Source: Bacteroidota bacterium
GTDB lineage: Bacteria; Bacteroidota; Bacteroidia; CAILMK01; JACPUW01
Length of the DNA: 34,185 nt
Direction of reading: 5' to 3'
Assembly (NCBI GenBank): GCA_020437725.1
Contig: JAGQWA010000003.1
Coordinates: forward strand, 1 to 34,185
Shown here: positions 33,184 to 34,185 of the stretch, one piece after another
How the letters are laid out: the number at the start of each line of letters is the position of its first letter
How positions within the stretch are numbered: position 1 is the stretch's first letter
The notes under the pieces: generated by a model
The model's database searches: none
Seen by the model: the letters and a program-made list of their open reading frames with translations, nothing else
What the model was told of the DNA's origin: nothing
Made by a program: the position numbers and the translations under genes

Positions 33184-34185
33184 ATGAAAATCAACTACTT
33201 TGTTTTTCTCTTTACCATTATTACATCAGGTACATTAAAAGCTCAAATTTCATACGAAAACCGCGTTGAGTTCGAATTAAAAGATGGTTATACCGACGAG
33301 AAAATTTACGAATTTGGGAAGGCAGGTTTTATAATGGTTTCGCGCAGCGAAAAAGCTAATAACGGAGACTTTGAGTGGAAATTTGAACAGTTTAGTGTTG
33401 ATTTAAAGTCAGTTAAAACAAAAAGCATTTTTTTAAGCAATAAATTATCGCTTATTGAGACGTATAGAAATAATGAGCGCATACACTCTTTATTTAAAGA
33501 CCGCAAAGGCAATTTTAAACTAATTACAACAGACGCAAATAGCTTAATAATTACTGAAGCAATAGGCGAATTGCCTAAAAAAGCTTGGGTGCAAGACATG
33601 TCTGTTCTTAGCGATTATGCTTTTTTCAAAACAACCATTAAGAGAGCACCTTTCTTATTTTCTGTTAACTGGAAAACTGGTAAGAAAAAACTCATACCTA
33701 TTTCAATTGAAAACGTAAGTGCTAAGAAAACAACACTTATGAATTTTCAAGTATTAGAAAGTTCTAGCGAAGTTTTTGTTTATACCAGCGCACTAATTGG
33801 TAAGCGTAAAACCGATATACACGTTATTAGATTAAACTTTAGAGGTGAAAAAGAAGGCTCTTTTAATCTCACCAAAAACATTGATGCCAACATAATAGAC
33901 ATTTCTGCATCTAAATTAACCGACAACGAATACATATATACAGGCACCTATTCAAAAAACAACACCGCCACTTCTGAAGGAATTTTTATTTGCAAGGCTA
34001 GCAGAGATCAAGTTGCCTTTTTTGAAATGCATAATTTTTTAGATCTTGAAAATTTCTTGAAAACACAAATGATTATTAATGAGGCTATTATTAATGAAAA
34101 GGTATTTGAAATTTTTAGTTTGACACCCTCAGATAAGGTGATAGTAGAAAATTCCGAGGGAAAAAGCATAGGTTCCCTTCCTGTA
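33184..34185 (+). CDS. hypothetical secreted protein, 3'-truncated by the window end
   Basis: Not in the track. ATG at 33184, then 334 sense codons with no stop up to the last base (translated by hand). Signal peptide MKINYFVFLFTIITSGTLKAQ. The minus-strand ORF 33306-33599 is antisense to it. Confidence 0.65.
   Translation, partial: MKINYFVFLFTIITSGTLKAQISYENRVEFELKDGYTDEKIYEFGKAGFIMVSRSEKANNGDFEWKFEQFSVDLKSVKTKSIFLSNKLSLIETYRNNERIHSLFKDRKGNFKLITTDANSLIITEAIGELPKKAWVQDMSVLSDYAFFKTTIKRAPFLFSVNWKTGKKKLIPISIENVSAKKTTLMNFQVLESSSEVFVYTSALIGKRKTDIHVIRLNFRGEKEGSFNLTKNIDANIIDISASKLTDNEYIYTGTYSKNNTATSEGIFICKASRDQVAFFEMHNFLDLENFLKTQMIINEAIINEKVFEIFSLTPSDKVIVENSEGKSIGSLPV

Noticed and set aside
33306-33599. 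Minus-strand 97-aa ORF
   Set aside because: It lies entirely antisense within the 334-codon open frame that starts at 33184, which has a good signal peptide.
1-34185. tRNA, rRNA or other known structured RNA genes
   Set aside because: An eye scan for T-loop (GGTTCGAATCC-like) and rRNA-like conserved stretches found nothing. This is a weak negative and should be confirmed with tRNAscan-SE and Infernal.

Overview
This window looks like chromosomal DNA from a Bacteroidota organism that uses a type IX secretion system (T9SS). The evidence is three proteins ending in a type-A T9SS C-terminal sorting domain, a GldM/PorM-family protein, and TPR-type membrane regulators. All calls come from reading the sequence and the ORF track; no database search was run.

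Layout:
- 58-2206: housekeeping genes (a hypothetical protein, thymidine kinase, a J-domain membrane protein).
- 2429-22045: a minus-strand surface-protein locus. In order of transcription it holds an uncharacterised 432-aa cytoplasmic protein, a REC/LuxR response regulator, a TPR histidine kinase, a 966-aa T9SS cargo, a 2933-aa T9SS cargo, and a 755-aa membrane-anchored TPR/LuxR one-component regulator.
- 22311-25604: a 1097-aa TolB-propeller/amidohydrolase fusion.
- About 25.6-29.7 kb: a small islet that looks accessory. It holds a translationally coupled pair (unknown 259-aa protein plus a PIN nuclease), a decayed lipoprotein gene, and a serine-hydrolase cassette bracketed by 112-bp direct repeats.
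- 29721 to the window end: an orphan GldM-like gene, a DUF1573 T9SS cargo, a DUF1801 protein and a CDS that runs off the window.

No rRNA, tRNA, CRISPR array, transposase or integrase was seen.

Items most worth follow-up:
1. The 259-aa + PIN pair, as a candidate non-canonical toxin-antitoxin or defence module.
2. Small palindromic DNA elements inserted in frame inside the cargo genes, with compensatory stem changes.
3. The 112-bp repeat-bracketed cassette.
4. A GTTTACC direct-repeat motif that recurs around the two-component genes.
5. The 432-aa protein that heads the two-component operon.
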